From the NCBI GenBank assembly GCA_041666745.1, contig JBAYGI010000001.1, forward strand, positions 6,447 to 70,446: DNA of 64,000 nucleotides, written 5' to 3'. The position numbers were made by a program, and so were the translations under genes. Source of the DNA: Candidatus Magasanikiibacteriota bacterium (lineage in GTDB: Bacteria; Patescibacteriota; Patescibacteriia; Magasanikbacterales; GWA2-37-8). Positions 45,786-56,698 of the stretch are shown here, in pieces. Numbering within the stretch: the first letter of the stretch is position 1; every line of letters begins with the position of its first letter. The notes beneath the pieces are model-generated. The model was not told the DNA's origin, searched no databases, and saw only the letters and a list, made by a program, of their open reading frames with translations.

Positions 45786-46659
45786 TATGATTTTGAATGA
45801 TTTAACGAAATTGGCACAGAAGGGTTCACAAGAGCCGGTGTTTTTGTGGTTGGAGGAATATAAGGAAATCGCGATTAAGTTGGTTCCTGACCTAAATAAA
45901 ATAGCCGATGATTTAGATGCAAAGACCGAGGCGTATAAAAACATCAAAATACTTGTTAAAAATTTGGAAAAGGATACGCCCAACGATCATGATTTGGCGC
46001 AGGCATTGTCGCATGTGGCCGACATGTTTCGTGAAAATCCGGACGCGGAAAATCAGGAAGCGATAAACGAATATATCCGTTTGGTAATGAAATTTGACAG
46101 TTTGGCTTTGGTGGCTGAATTTGCCGATCAATCCAGGCAAAAATTGCTTGACAGATTATCCGCGGAAGAACAAAACAAATATGACAAACGGCTTTTGGAA
46201 CACGAGGGGATGATTTATTGTTTGGAATATTATTTGGCGATGTATAAAGCCATAGAAACCGCCAAAACAGAACAAGAAAAAAAGACATTTATAGAAAGTA
46301 TGGAAGTGAATTTGGGTTTTGGCAATGTGCCCGGACTGTGGATCGATTTTAGCAAAGATGAAGTGCTTGGCAAGTTTATATACTTGATTTTAAACGACAA
46401 AACACGCAATGATTTAATAAAAGTGTATTTTAAATTTAGAAATATTATTTTGAAAATTAAAATGGATTGCGACAAAAAGCGTGTCTGCGCGGCGGACTAC
46501 AAAATGGTTGGTCTAAATGAAGTTGTGACGGAATTTAGAGAATATGTTTTGGGTTTGTTGCGGATTTATCACGAAGCGGGTGTAAAGCGATTGGCAAGTT
46601 TCTTTTTTAAACCGTATGGCGACAAACCGTTAATTGAAGAAGTAATAAAAAAAGTATGA
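45786..46659 (+). CDS. hypothetical protein
   Basis: The ATG at 45786 (MILNDLTKL) is preferred over the track's TTG at 45739. Confidence 0.5.
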
Positions 46660-46737
46660 CAGGTTTAGTTTTTTTGGAATATCCGCAGTGATTTTTTATA
46701 ATTGTTTTATTTTTTTAAAAATATTTAATTATTTTAT

Positions 46738-49700
46738 ATGGTGAAAAAAACAAAAGAAAAACAACAACCAAAAATAGAAGGAGCAGAGAGTGTTGTTGGT
46801 GCAGGCGACGCGTCGTCAGTTAAAGGGCCGAACGAAAAAGGGGCTCTTAGGAAAGCGGTAGACAGGTTGTTGGGAAAAAATCCTGAACAAACATTGGAAC
46901 AATCTGTAAAATTTACACCGGGTAGGATGTTTGAATATGAGAAGGGCGAGTTACCAGGGGTCGGGATGAGTTGGGAAGAAATTGGGGAGTTAATATACGC
47001 ATCTTTCGACGTTGATATTTTATATAGAGGTGGTCTAAGTCCTTGGGTTAAAAGAATTTTTAGTGATTTTCCAAACAGCGAAAAAGAGTTTGATAATTTA
47101 GATTATACAGAAAAGGCAAAATACGAAAAACTAATCGAAAAAAAACTTGAAGAGATTAAAGGTGAATTTGCTAAATCTAAAAATACTGAATTGTTGAATA
47201 AATTTTACGCAATGTATTCGCTTGAGTGTTACGAAGATGTTAGTAGTTTGTATGAGGTACGCGAGTCGTTGGAGGATGAAAGAATTGGGTCAGATGATGT
47301 TGATGAAGATGCTATAGAAAAAATCAAAGAGGGTGTTGAGATGGATATCAAAAAAGGCATAGAGTCGAGCGTAAAATTATTTCAACCAGTTAGAGAAAAA
47401 TTGACTAAATTGGGGTTTGAATTGGAAACTGTTTCTTCATGGAATGTTCAAGCAAGCAAGCAGGTTGGTATCCACCGTTTTAGTTTTGTAATAGATCAAT
47501 TTACAGGCAGTATGACATCACCAGATGATATGGTAAAGTTTTGGGAAGGCAAAAAATTAGGCAAAACCGTTGATTTGGCGAAAATAATTAAAGATGATAA
47601 GATTTTTTCTGTACATATTACAGAAAATTTAAGAAAGCAGGTTAAAGAGCAATACAGAGATGAATATAATCTAGAAGATATAACAGAAGAAGTATTGCGT
47701 ATTGAAGACATTACTTTTTCAGATTTATTAAAAAAGATGGATACGTTGGTTGATGAAATATTGGCCGCAAAGGAAGCTGGTGGCAGCAAGCTTGAAACGA
47801 CAGAGAAGGGTGAATTACCAGGCATAGGGCTGAGTTGGCAAGAAATAACAGCGATATCAGTCAACAATGATGATGTGGCGGCTGAAAAATTCTTTGGACA
47901 GATAACAAAAGATGAGCGTGTGGAGTTGGATGAATATTTTGGCAAGAATTCTAAATCTTCGCCAAGTAGTCATGCTACGGCGGTAATTGAAAAGCGATTT
48001 ATAAAATCAGGAAATATTAATCTACGTAATAAGTTTGTTGCAATGTGTCAGATTGACGATCTACGAAGGAATTATTACGAAGACAAAGATGTTCAAGCGG
48101 GTTTAGAACGACTCAATCAGATTGAGCAAAAATTTGCAAAAAAAGGATTTAGGACAACAAGAATTAATCACTTGAACATGCAATACAACATGGAAAAGGT
48201 TGTAGATGGAAATGTTTTTGATTTGATGTTTACGCAGAAAAGCAGACATGGTGATTTTCGAATATCAACAATGTTAATAAAAACAAAAACAGGTGAGGTC
48301 CCAAATTCGCAATTAGTGGAGGATGGTGAATATGAGTCTTTTGAACGAGTGTTGGATTATGTGGATGGTGGCGATGATAGCATTGATAATGATATAGCAC
48401 GGTTGCTGACTAAAAGTAAAGAAGGAAAATATACAACAAGTGATGTAAATAAAGTGTTAAGTGTCGGACACCAGCGTTCGTATGAGCGTATCAAAGACCA
48501 GATAAAGAAAACACCACCGGAGCGCTATCATGCCGAAGTTTGGGAAGGTAGTTATTCAGAAAGGATGTCAAAAGCAGAAAGATTGTTAAAAGATCCATCT
48601 TTGTCTGACGGTGAAAGAAAAGTTATAAAGATTGAATGGAATCGCCTTAATGATCGTGAACAAATAGAAAAACAAAGAGAATTGGCATTTCGTAAAAGTA
48701 CAACAGATTTATCAGCAAAAGAAATAAGGGAGGTTAGTAAAAAGTTTGATAATGAGATAAGTCAAGTAGATCAAACAGCGAGAAAAGCTTTGGAAAATTT
48801 AAGCAAAGAATCAGGTAGCGATCAGTTTTTGCGAAAGATGATAAAGGACGGGATGTTGCATATTCAATATGATAGTGAGGGTGCCGCTAAGCATATTCGT
48901 CCAGATGAATATAGAGACAGTACAAAAAAGACAGAGTTGAAAAACGCTGCAACAGAAGCGTCTGTTGAACGACAAAATAAAGAGTTGTTTGGGTTGTCTG
49001 AAGAGGAGAAAAAATTAACAGGAGACGAGAGAAAGAAAGTGATTGAAAAAAAGCGTAAGGAAATTTTGGAAAAAATTAAAGAAAAGGTAAGAGGGGTGGC
49101 CAGTGACTTAGAAAAGAATAAACCAAACGCCGGTTTTCATGAATTATTTCGTAGTATTTTTAAAGGTGTAAACGAATTAGGTGGTAAAGCAGGAGATAAA
49201 GTAGAAAATCGTGAATTTTTGAAAGATTTATTTGCAGATACTGAATTATTAAAAGAGTTATTAACAAAATTTAATTTTGTTGATGATAGTCGTCAAGATT
49301 TTAATGTATATACAAATGCCCCCGGTACGGAAACCGTTCGCAGTTTAGTGGGTATATTGAGAGAATTTTTTCCAGATGAAGCAGATTTAATTGCCGGAGA
49401 TGCGATTAATACAATATTTTTGGAGAGCCGACACAAAGACATGGAACGTTCATCTCGTCGAACAACATCGGAAAGTCCAAAATATGTAAAAGGAGTTACT
49501 GATTTTGGTGATGTCGATTTTGGTGCTGATTATACAAGTTATTGGCGTTTATTTGAAGTGGTATTTAAGGGGTTGGGAGTTTCGGTTAAACCTGATCAAC
49601 TGAAAGCGTTTAATGAAAAAATTTTGACTAATGTAAATTCCGCTTTACTTCTTGCAGAAAGTAAATTGATTGTAGGGCAAGGTCATGGGGATTTTAATGT

Positions 49701-50535
49701 GGGAAATTTATATTTGGAAACATATAAAAAGTTTTATGGTGAAAGTGGCGCTCGTACTCTGGCAACAGAAGCGTTATTTCCATCATTAGTTGACGATAAG
49801 GAAAAACAACGTAAGATTGGGGCGGGCAGAGAGTTTAATATTATGGGTTTGGGTGGTCATAGTAGAAATGCAGGAGCTATTTTGCAAATTTTTAAGGAGC
49901 ATGGATTAATTGATTTAAAATCTGCCAACCAAATGGTGCGTGTGGCAGAATTTATTGATCAATTAGATGGTGGTAGGAGTGCTGGTGGTATAAGCACTAA
50001 TCGAGAAATTATAGATACCAAAGAGGCAATCAGTACTGTATTTTCAAAAGAACAGGCGGCAAATAATGCTTTGGCGGAAGAAATTGATGAATTGGATTTG
50101 GATTCTATGGAACCTGCTGAGGCCTTGGCATATTTAAAAAAGAAAAAAGAAGCGCGTGGGAGTAAGAAAGAAAGTATAGCTCCGGAAACAGAAAAAGAGA
50201 AAGAAGCACGATCTCGTTATGATCAGAGGATAGTGGCGTGCGAGAGCGAGAACGTTGCCAATTATGGGTTTCAATACGGTGACTGGGGTAGAGATAGAAT
50301 CATCATAGACATAGAAGAAGCAAAAGTTTTGCCTACCGATGTACAGTGTAAGAAAATAATTGATATTTATAAAGAGGCTATTATTAATGAAAGTAATTAC
50401 GAAAATATTTCAATAACGGCTAGGCTTTTGAAGAATTTTGTTCGTTTAACTAGTTTTGTCCCAGATAGCTCAACTATGGAAAAAATTAGCAAGAAAGTTA
50501 AAGATGCAAAAGAGTTGTTGAGAAAGAACAGATAA
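46738..50535 (+). CDS. giant acidic hypothetical protein (1265 aa) with internal repeats
   Basis: Repeated YEKGELPGVGMSWEEIGELI / TEKGELPGIGLSWQEITAIS modules; coiled-coil-rich. Confidence 0.6.
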   Translation: MVKKTKEKQQPKIEGAESVVGAGDASSVKGPNEKGALRKAVDRLLGKNPEQTLEQSVKFTPGRMFEYEKGELPGVGMSWEEIGELIYASFDVDILYRGGLSPWVKRIFSDFPNSEKEFDNLDYTEKAKYEKLIEKKLEEIKGEFAKSKNTELLNKFYAMYSLECYEDVSSLYEVRESLEDERIGSDDVDEDAIEKIKEGVEMDIKKGIESSVKLFQPVREKLTKLGFELETVSSWNVQASKQVGIHRFSFVIDQFTGSMTSPDDMVKFWEGKKLGKTVDLAKIIKDDKIFSVHITENLRKQVKEQYRDEYNLEDITEEVLRIEDITFSDLLKKMDTLVDEILAAKEAGGSKLETTEKGELPGIGLSWQEITAISVNNDDVAAEKFFGQITKDERVELDEYFGKNSKSSPSSHATAVIEKRFIKSGNINLRNKFVAMCQIDDLRRNYYEDKDVQAGLERLNQIEQKFAKKGFRTTRINHLNMQYNMEKVVDGNVFDLMFTQKSRHGDFRISTMLIKTKTGEVPNSQLVEDGEYESFERVLDYVDGGDDSIDNDIARLLTKSKEGKYTTSDVNKVLSVGHQRSYERIKDQIKKTPPERYHAEVWEGSYSERMSKAERLLKDPSLSDGERKVIKIEWNRLNDREQIEKQRELAFRKSTTDLSAKEIREVSKKFDNEISQVDQTARKALENLSKESGSDQFLRKMIKDGMLHIQYDSEGAAKHIRPDEYRDSTKKTELKNAATEASVERQNKELFGLSEEEKKLTGDERKKVIEKKRKEILEKIKEKVRGVASDLEKNKPNAGFHELFRSIFKGVNELGGKAGDKVENREFLKDLFADTELLKELLTKFNFVDDSRQDFNVYTNAPGTETVRSLVGILREFFPDEADLIAGDAINTIFLESRHKDMERSSRRTTSESPKYVKGVTDFGDVDFGADYTSYWRLFEVVFKGLGVSVKPDQLKAFNEKILTNVNSALLLAESKLIVGQGHGDFNVGNLYLETYKKFYGESGARTLATEALFPSLVDDKEKQRKIGAGREFNIMGLGGHSRNAGAILQIFKEHGLIDLKSANQMVRVAEFIDQLDGGRSAGGISTNREIIDTKEAISTVFSKEQAANNALAEEIDELDLDSMEPAEALAYLKKKKEARGSKKESIAPETEKEKEARSRYDQRIVACESENVANYGFQYGDWGRDRIIIDIEEAKVLPTDVQCKKIIDIYKEAIINESNYENISITARLLKNFVRLTSFVPDSSTMEKISKKVKDAKELLRKNR

Positions 50536-50559
50536 AATTCAGTGTAGTACTATTTTTTC

Positions 50560-50755
50560 ACCCCCCTTGACAACCCAAGGGGGTTTTGGTATAGTGATTG
50601 CACCATAGACAGCAGGTGGCGAAAGCCTTAATTACCTGCCGAGGTACAAAAACTAATACTGGATTCCCACTTTCGTGGGAATGACAGTGTAGGAAGTCGA
50701 TTTGTACTGTATTATACGTCTGTGGAAACACAGATTTTTTTGTTAAAAAATCGTT
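50560..50755 (+). promoter_or_regulatory. ribosomal protein L10 leader (rplJL autoregulatory 5' UTR)
   Basis: Structured region directly upstream of rplJ (ccccccttgacaacccaagggggtt hairpin and others). It contains one palindromic-repeat copy. Confidence 0.5.
50660..50685. repeat. palindromic element within the L10 leader
   Basis: ggattcccactttcgtgggaatgaca. Confidence 0.65.
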
Positions 50756-51304
50756 ATGCCAAAAACAAGACAACAAAAAGTTCAAGTGATCGAGTCTTTG
50801 ACCGGTGGCTTGAAGGGAAGTAAAGGTGCTGTTTTTGCCAATTTTCAGGGTTTGAAAGTATCAGACTTCGAAGCTTTACGCAAACAAGCTAGAGCGGAAC
50901 AAGTTTTGGTACAAGTAGCCAAGAAAACTTTGGTAAAAAGAGTGTTTGAGGATTTAGGCGTTGAAGTCGATCCAAAAGCATTTCAAGGCGGTATCGTTAC
51001 TTTGTCTGGTCCAGATGAAATCGCAGCTGCCAAAATCGTTAGTAATTTTGCCAAAGCCCACGAATCCGTAACTATTTACGGTGGTGTGCTCGAAGGTAAA
51101 TTTATCGATGCTTTCAGCGTGAGTAATCTCGCCAGCTTACCTAGTAAACATCAATTGCTTGGTCAATTGGTCGGTACGCTCAATGCGCCAATATCCGGTT
51201 TCGTCAATGTACTTGCTGGAAATTTGCGTAATTTAGTGAACGTTTTAAATAATATTTCCGCCAAAGGCGGATCCGCCCCTGGCGGAAAAGTTCTTTCTGT
51301 TTAA
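50756..51304 (+). CDS. rplJ: 50S ribosomal protein L10
   Basis: MPKTRQQKVQVIESLTGGLKGSKGAVFANFQGLKVSDFEALR. Confidence 0.9.
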   Translation: MPKTRQQKVQVIESLTGGLKGSKGAVFANFQGLKVSDFEALRKQARAEQVLVQVAKKTLVKRVFEDLGVEVDPKAFQGGIVTLSGPDEIAAAKIVSNFAKAHESVTIYGGVLEGKFIDAFSVSNLASLPSKHQLLGQLVGTLNAPISGFVNVLAGNLRNLVNVLNNISAKGGSAPGGKVLSV

Positions 51305-51320
51305 TTAACCTATAAACTTT

Positions 51321-51722
51321 ATGTCAGAAGAAAAAAATGTAGTTGTTCCTGAGAAGTTTAAAGCTATCGTGGAACAAGTAGAAAAAATGTCAGTATTGGA
51401 TTTGGCCGAATTGGTCAAAATCTTGGAAGAAAAATTCGGTGTTTCCGCTTCCGCTCCAGCTATGATGATGGCTGCCGCTCCAGCTGCTACTGGCGCTCCA
51501 GTAGAAGAAAAAACTGAATTCAATGTTGAGTTAACCGATTTTGGTGCCAACAAGATCAACGTGATCAAGGCAGTAAAAGAAGTAACCGGTTTGGGATTGG
51601 CTGATGCCAAAGCTTTGGTAGACGGCGCTCCAAAAATGATCAAAGAAGGTTTGAAGAAGGATGAAGCGGAGGCTATGAAGAAGAAGATCGAAGAAGCGGG
51701 TGGAAAAGTTACTTTAAAATAA
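51321..51722 (+). CDS. rplL: 50S ribosomal protein L7/L12
   Basis: Ala-rich hinge and C-terminal [44 protein letters not shown]. Confidence 0.95.
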   Translation: MSEEKNVVVPEKFKAIVEQVEKMSVLDLAELVKILEEKFGVSASAPAMMMAAAPAATGAPVEEKTEFNVELTDFGANKINVIKAVKEVTGLGLADAKALVDGAPKMIKEGLKKDEAEAMKKKIEEAGGKVTLK

Positions 51723-51745
51723 TACTTTTTCATTAAATTCATCAA

Positions 51746-51862
51746 ACAAAAAACACGACCAGATAAATACCTTTTCGCTTTTTTTGCCCGCGAGGGCAAA
51801 AGGATGAGCCTCGGCTCATAACCCGCTCAAAGGTAATTATCTGGTCGTGTTTTTGTTTTCTA
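51746..51862. terminator. complex multi-hairpin bidirectional terminator
   Basis: Outer stem acaaaaaacacgaccagataa/ttatctggtcgtgtttttgt enclosing hairpins tttgccc/gggcaaa and atgagcc/ggctcat. T-runs on both strands. Confidence 0.6.
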
Positions 51863-54127
51863 TATATTTATTTGATACAACTTGTTGCTGTCTAATATGT
51901 AGGCGGTTTTGTTTTGTTCATCTATTATCATGCCGATTGGGTTTTTCCATTCTTTGGCGGTGATTTGGTTTTTTAGGTGGCCGTCTTTTTGTAATACTAT
52001 TAGGCGTTTGTTGGTGCCATCCAATAAGTAGATGTATTGTTTGTCGGTGTAAGTCCAAATTTGGCCACCGGTTTTTAGGGCTGGATCTAGGCCCAAAATT
52101 TCAAACGGTTGTTTGTTGCCGGCGGTTAATTTTTCGATTGTTCCATCTGTTTTGCTGACAAACATGTCACCGTCGGTGGTAAGGGATAGACCATTTTTGA
52201 TATTGACTGAAATATCTTTTACCCATTCCTTGCCTGTACCAAAACCGGTTTTGGTATTTTCATGTTTATAAATTTGATTGTTGGTCGTGTCTAGACTATA
52301 AAGACGGCGGTTGTAGATTATCAGGTCATTGATCTTGGTATCGGTGTTTGGGTAAGCCACGTCGGCGGTTTTGAGTGAGGAGTTTTGCGGGTCATAAAGG
52401 GTGATAGTTTTGTTGTCAGACAAAATTGCCGCGTAGTCGTTTTCTTTTGGTATGGCAATGTCGTTGAAATTGGTCAGACTGGTGTCGAGATATTTGGATT
52501 GTTTGGTTAACAAATCATAAATAACAATCGTGGATGAATTGGAGGGTAAAACCAAGATCTGGTTGTTTATTTTGGCTAAGCGAAATAAACCCATCGCTTG
52601 TTTGCTCCAATCAAAAAGTAAATCCGGTACAACCACTACTTCTTTTCGAATTTGTGAAAGTGTGTCATCTATTTGTCGATTGAATTCGTCACATTCTTTT
52701 TTGTATTTTTTACAATCCAATTGAGCGATCAAGTTTTTCACCGCCTGTGTCTCGTTGAGGGTAGTGGTGTCATCTTTGTATATGGCCGCGCTTTCGGCGG
52801 CGTCTTTGTGGGCGATAATTTCTCGAATAATTTCTTGGGATTGTTTTTCTTGCGCCAATCGTACTTGGTTGGCACGGATAAAGAAGATACTGAAAACAAA
52901 AACAATCAATATCAAGGCGCTAAGTGTAAAAAATATTTTGGTGGTTCTTGGTAAGTTTTTTATTCCGGATTTAAAACCACGCCATTGTTGCGACCAATTT
53001 TCCAAAATATTGCGACGACGGTTTTGGTAGTTGGTAACAACAAAAAATAACAATGATAAAAAGTGACCGAGATTTATCAGCAATCTGGCGATAACTAATA
53101 TAACTATCCAAATAAAATGCACGCTATATTTTAGCCATATCAGAGCCGTTTTTAGACTGGTGGTCAAAATTTGTTTGTAAACGTCGGTTTTTTGTGGAAG
53201 CGGTGGTTTGGCGTGATATTGTCGAAGATGGGCGGAATTGATTTCCGCCGGCATTGACGGTGGCCAATTTTTGGTTTGCTCCAACGATTCTTCACTCGGT
53301 TCTTCTTGAAACGCATTTTTTATTTTGTCGTTGATGTTTGGGAACATTGAAGGCGACATGGTGCTGGCGGTATTTTTTTCAGTCGCAAATAGATTGTGTA
53401 GTGATTTTATTGACCCACCCTTTGGCAGAGGCTGTCTTTTGTTGCCGGCCATTACTGACGGCCTGTCTTCGTTGAGATGAATTACCATGCCACCAAACGA
53501 AAATTCATTTCGGATATCGGACAAGACGCGTTCGATATGTTGGGCGCTTTGTTTGGATGGGCGAGTGGTGATGATTTTTTGCAAACGATCATCACTAAAG
53601 AATTCACCGAGCTGTGATGTGCCGATAAACAAAAAGTCGTTTGGGGTGACTTTACCTTCGACTATTTGAGAAAATAGTTGGTCGTTGGTCTCATCTTGGT
53701 TGGCCGAGATCAAATCCATTTTTTTGTACAGGTCGTCCTTGGTTTTATAAAAAAGCAACATTTTTGGATTGCCACAAAAAGAGAAAACTATTTCTTGGTC
53801 TTTTATTACACCAACAACACAGTGTTTTTGAACTTGGTCATCTAGGGTTGGTTTGTTTTCTCGGTTGATGTTTTTTAAGACTGTTTCCAGTGAGTTTTCG
53901 TTGATGTTTTGAGGTGCCTCATAATAACGAGATTCTATTTCATCCACAATATTTTGTAACTTCACAATATCTTTGGTGCCGGTATTGTTCAGTTCACAGA
54001 CAGCAAAAAAATAGCCCTTTTGTCTCTCTTTTTCGTTTGAGGGTTCTGTGATATGTAGCAATACATGGGATTTTTCCCGGTTGCCACCTTCGATAAAAAA
54101 GTCGTGTAATTGTAACTTGTATTCCAT
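51860..54127 (-). CDS. large membrane protein with cytoplasmic N-domain, TM region and C-terminal repeat (beta-propeller-like) domain, hypothetical
   Basis: 755 aa. Hydrophobic block about residues 320-400. C-terminal repeated LYDxxN...IY motifs. Confidence 0.55.
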   Translation of the reverse strand: MEYKLQLHDFFIEGGNREKSHVLLHITEPSNEKERQKGYFFAVCELNNTGTKDIVKLQNIVDEIESRYYEAPQNINENSLETVLKNINRENKPTLDDQVQKHCVVGVIKDQEIVFSFCGNPKMLLFYKTKDDLYKKMDLISANQDETNDQLFSQIVEGKVTPNDFLFIGTSQLGEFFSDDRLQKIITTRPSKQSAQHIERVLSDIRNEFSFGGMVIHLNEDRPSVMAGNKRQPLPKGGSIKSLHNLFATEKNTASTMSPSMFPNINDKIKNAFQEEPSEESLEQTKNWPPSMPAEINSAHLRQYHAKPPLPQKTDVYKQILTTSLKTALIWLKYSVHFIWIVILVIARLLINLGHFLSLLFFVVTNYQNRRRNILENWSQQWRGFKSGIKNLPRTTKIFFTLSALILIVFVFSIFFIRANQVRLAQEKQSQEIIREIIAHKDAAESAAIYKDDTTTLNETQAVKNLIAQLDCKKYKKECDEFNRQIDDTLSQIRKEVVVVPDLLFDWSKQAMGLFRLAKINNQILVLPSNSSTIVIYDLLTKQSKYLDTSLTNFNDIAIPKENDYAAILSDNKTITLYDPQNSSLKTADVAYPNTDTKINDLIIYNRRLYSLDTTNNQIYKHENTKTGFGTGKEWVKDISVNIKNGLSLTTDGDMFVSKTDGTIEKLTAGNKQPFEILGLDPALKTGGQIWTYTDKQYIYLLDGTNKRLIVLQKDGHLKNQITAKEWKNPIGMIIDEQNKTAYILDSNKLYQINI

Positions 54128-54221
54128 AAACGCTTGTAGTATACTATATTTATTGCCGTAAGTCCAATAAATACAAGGGGTAAAAGTGGGCGATTTTCGG
54201 CTCGTTTAAAATTAAAAAAAA

Positions 54222-54827
54222 ATGGTGATTATGCTTGAACACTTATTTGGTTCAGTAACACGAATTAAACTTTTGCGTTTGTTTTATACTAATCAAGAGC
54301 GAGCCTATTTTGTACGCGAGCTTTCTCGAGCTATCGAAATTCAGCTCAACGCTGTTCGTCGAGAGTTGGCCAATTTGGAAGAAATCGGCATTATAAAACA
54401 AACAGAATTCGGACAATCCAAAGAAGAAGAAATCGGCACTGAAAGATCAAAATATTATAAAATAAATACCGATTTTTTTCTCCATGAAGAGTTGGGCGCG
54501 TTGCTGGAAAAAACTCAAATAATGGAAGAAAATCATTTTGTTGAATTACTAAAGAAGCGGGCGGGAGATATCAAAGTTATGATTTTGACCGGTTTTTTTA
54601 CTGACGCTGTCGATGTTGGCACGGATATTTTGTTTGTCGGTTCGGCCAAAGCGGTCGTGGTTGCCAAAATAATGCGTGATTTTGAAAAGTTTTTGAATCA
54701 TCCGGTTCGCTATACTATTTTGGATGAAAAAGAATTTTCTGAACGACGTGAAATCGGTGATCGTTTTCTGTATTCTATTTTTGAGGCCAAACATATTTTT
54801 GCGGTAGATGAATTAAAGTTAGGTTAA
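54222..54827 (+). CDS. winged-helix DNA-binding protein, putative transcriptional regulator
   Basis: N-terminal HTH-like segment RIKLLRLFYTNQERAYFVRELSRAIEIQLNAVRRELANLEEIGIIKQ. Confidence 0.45.
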   Translation: MVIMLEHLFGSVTRIKLLRLFYTNQERAYFVRELSRAIEIQLNAVRRELANLEEIGIIKQTEFGQSKEEEIGTERSKYYKINTDFFLHEELGALLEKTQIMEENHFVELLKKRAGDIKVMILTGFFTDAVDVGTDILFVGSAKAVVVAKIMRDFEKFLNHPVRYTILDEKEFSERREIGDRFLYSIFEAKHIFAVDELKLG

Positions 54828-54833
54828 AGTTTT

Positions 54834-55214
54834 ATGTACTTGATGATTGATAATTCATTGGACGATAAAACTGTTTTTCATTATTGCTTGGATACAGATT
54901 GGGTTCAGCGCGAGTTTGATCGGGACGGTCAGGATTTGTTGGCTATTATTGATCGGCTGTTGTCGGATGAAAACAAACAACTTTCAGATTTACGCGGTTT
55001 GGCCGTAGTGGTTGGAAAAGGTAAATTCACCGCCACTCGTATTGCCGTCACCGTAGCCAACACTTTGTCGTATGCTCTGAAAATTCCGGTTTTGGCAGTG
55101 GATGGTTGGTATGAAAATTTAACAAAAGATATTCAATCATCACCGGTAGGGCAATATGTTAGTGCGCAATATAGCGCCCCCGCTCACATTGGTGGTAGTA
55201 AACAAGGAGTATGA
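54834..55214 (+). CDS. tsaB: TsaB (YeaZ)-like N-terminal-half protein, short form
   Basis: LMIDNS...LSDLRGLAVVVGKGKFTATRIAVTVANTLSYALKIPVLAV matches the TsaB N-domain. It is only 126 aa. Confidence 0.55.
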   Translation: MYLMIDNSLDDKTVFHYCLDTDWVQREFDRDGQDLLAIIDRLLSDENKQLSDLRGLAVVVGKGKFTATRIAVTVANTLSYALKIPVLAVDGWYENLTKDIQSSPVGQYVSAQYSAPAHIGGSKQGV

Positions 55215-56698
55215 TTTCAGATTACAAACGTTATCGTTTTTACGAAATTTTACCAGGCTTGTCCATCTGGCTGACTTTGATAGTTGGTGTTTTGTTGTCT
55301 TTTTTCTTTCCATTGGTGATGATTTATTTTATTATTATTTTTGATGTTTATTGGGTGTTTCGTGTTATTTATTTTTCTTTTTATCTTATCTTGTCTTGGA
55401 ACAGATTCCGCAAAGCGGTCAAAACCGATTGGCTCGCCAAACTCAAAGCTGAATTTCCAAATTGGGAGGATAAAAAGAATGTGGTATTTTTGCCTTTGGC
55501 CAACGAAAGCTATGATGTAGTAAAAGGTACATTGCAAGCTCTTTTGAATTCCAGTTATCCGGCGCACAAATTGTATGTGGTGATTTCAGGAGAAGCGCGC
55601 CGTCAAGCCAATTGGGATAAAGTACAGGCACAAGTTAAAGAAAATTTTAGTGGTAAATTCGCCGATATTTTGTACTATACTCATCCGGATAATTTGTTGG
55701 ATGAGATTCCCGGAAAAGGATCGAATATTCATAATGCAGAATTGGAATTTAAAAAATACGCCGATGCTCGCAAATGGAATTACAGTGAAGTGATAATTTC
55801 GGTGTTTGATGTGGATACAGTGGTTCATCCGCAATATTTTGCTCACCTCAATTATATGTATTGCCTGCATCCACATCCGGAGCGTAGTTCTTTCCAGCCG
55901 ATTACTTTATACAACAACAACATGTGGGAATCACCATCGGTGTTGCGCGTGATGGCTTTTGGTACCAGTTTTTGGATGTTATTTTCTCTGGCGCGATTGG
56001 ATGGTTTGGTCACTTTTTCTTCACATAGTATGAGTTTTAAAGCGGCTCTGGAATGTGGCGGACATGCCAAAGATATTGTGAGCGAGGATTCTCGAATATT
56101 TTTTCAATGTTGGTTGCATTATAGCGGTGATTACACGGTTACACCTCTGTATATTCCCGTTTCAATGGATACTGTGCGCGATGAAAGTTTGTTTAAAAGT
56201 TTGAAAAATTTATATTTACAACAACGTCGTTGGGCTTGGGGCACAGAAAATATTCCTTATTTATTATGGCAATTCAAAAAACATCCGGAGATAAATTGGT
56301 GGAAAAAAGTGGTAATTTTATTTCACGAATGGGAAGGCAAATGGAGTTGGGCGGTAGTAGCGATACTTTTGACGATACTTGGACGCTTACCACTGTGGGT
56401 AGCGAGCAACGAAGTTCGTCAGAGCGCTTTATTTTTTAACACTCCCCACGTGTTGGAAAATTTGATGATCTTGGCTACCTTCGGTTTGTTTTTTTCAGCG
56501 GTGATCAGTATGTTGATTTTGCCACCGCGTCCGGAGAGTCATCCAAAATATAAATATTTATTTATGTTGTTGCAGTGGATATTGGTGCCGGTTTCTTTAA
56601 TTTTATTTTCCTCTGCACCTTGTATCGATGCCGTAACTCATTTGATGTTTGGAAAATATCTTGGCTTTAATGTTTCAGCTAAAAAAAGAGCAGTATGA
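55211..56698 (+). CDS. family-2 membrane glycosyltransferase (processive, QxxRW)
   Basis: N- and C-terminal TM helices. DVD motif. QQRRWAWG (QxxRW). Confidence 0.7.
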   Translation: MISDYKRYRFYEILPGLSIWLTLIVGVLLSFFFPLVMIYFIIIFDVYWVFRVIYFSFYLILSWNRFRKAVKTDWLAKLKAEFPNWEDKKNVVFLPLANESYDVVKGTLQALLNSSYPAHKLYVVISGEARRQANWDKVQAQVKENFSGKFADILYYTHPDNLLDEIPGKGSNIHNAELEFKKYADARKWNYSEVIISVFDVDTVVHPQYFAHLNYMYCLHPHPERSSFQPITLYNNNMWESPSVLRVMAFGTSFWMLFSLARLDGLVTFSSHSMSFKAALECGGHAKDIVSEDSRIFFQCWLHYSGDYTVTPLYIPVSMDTVRDESLFKSLKNLYLQQRRWAWGTENIPYLLWQFKKHPEINWWKKVVILFHEWEGKWSWAVVAILLTILGRLPLWVASNEVRQSALFFNTPHVLENLMILATFGLFFSAVISMLILPPRPESHPKYKYLFMLLQWILVPVSLILFSSAPCIDAVTHLMFGKYLGFNVSAKKRAV

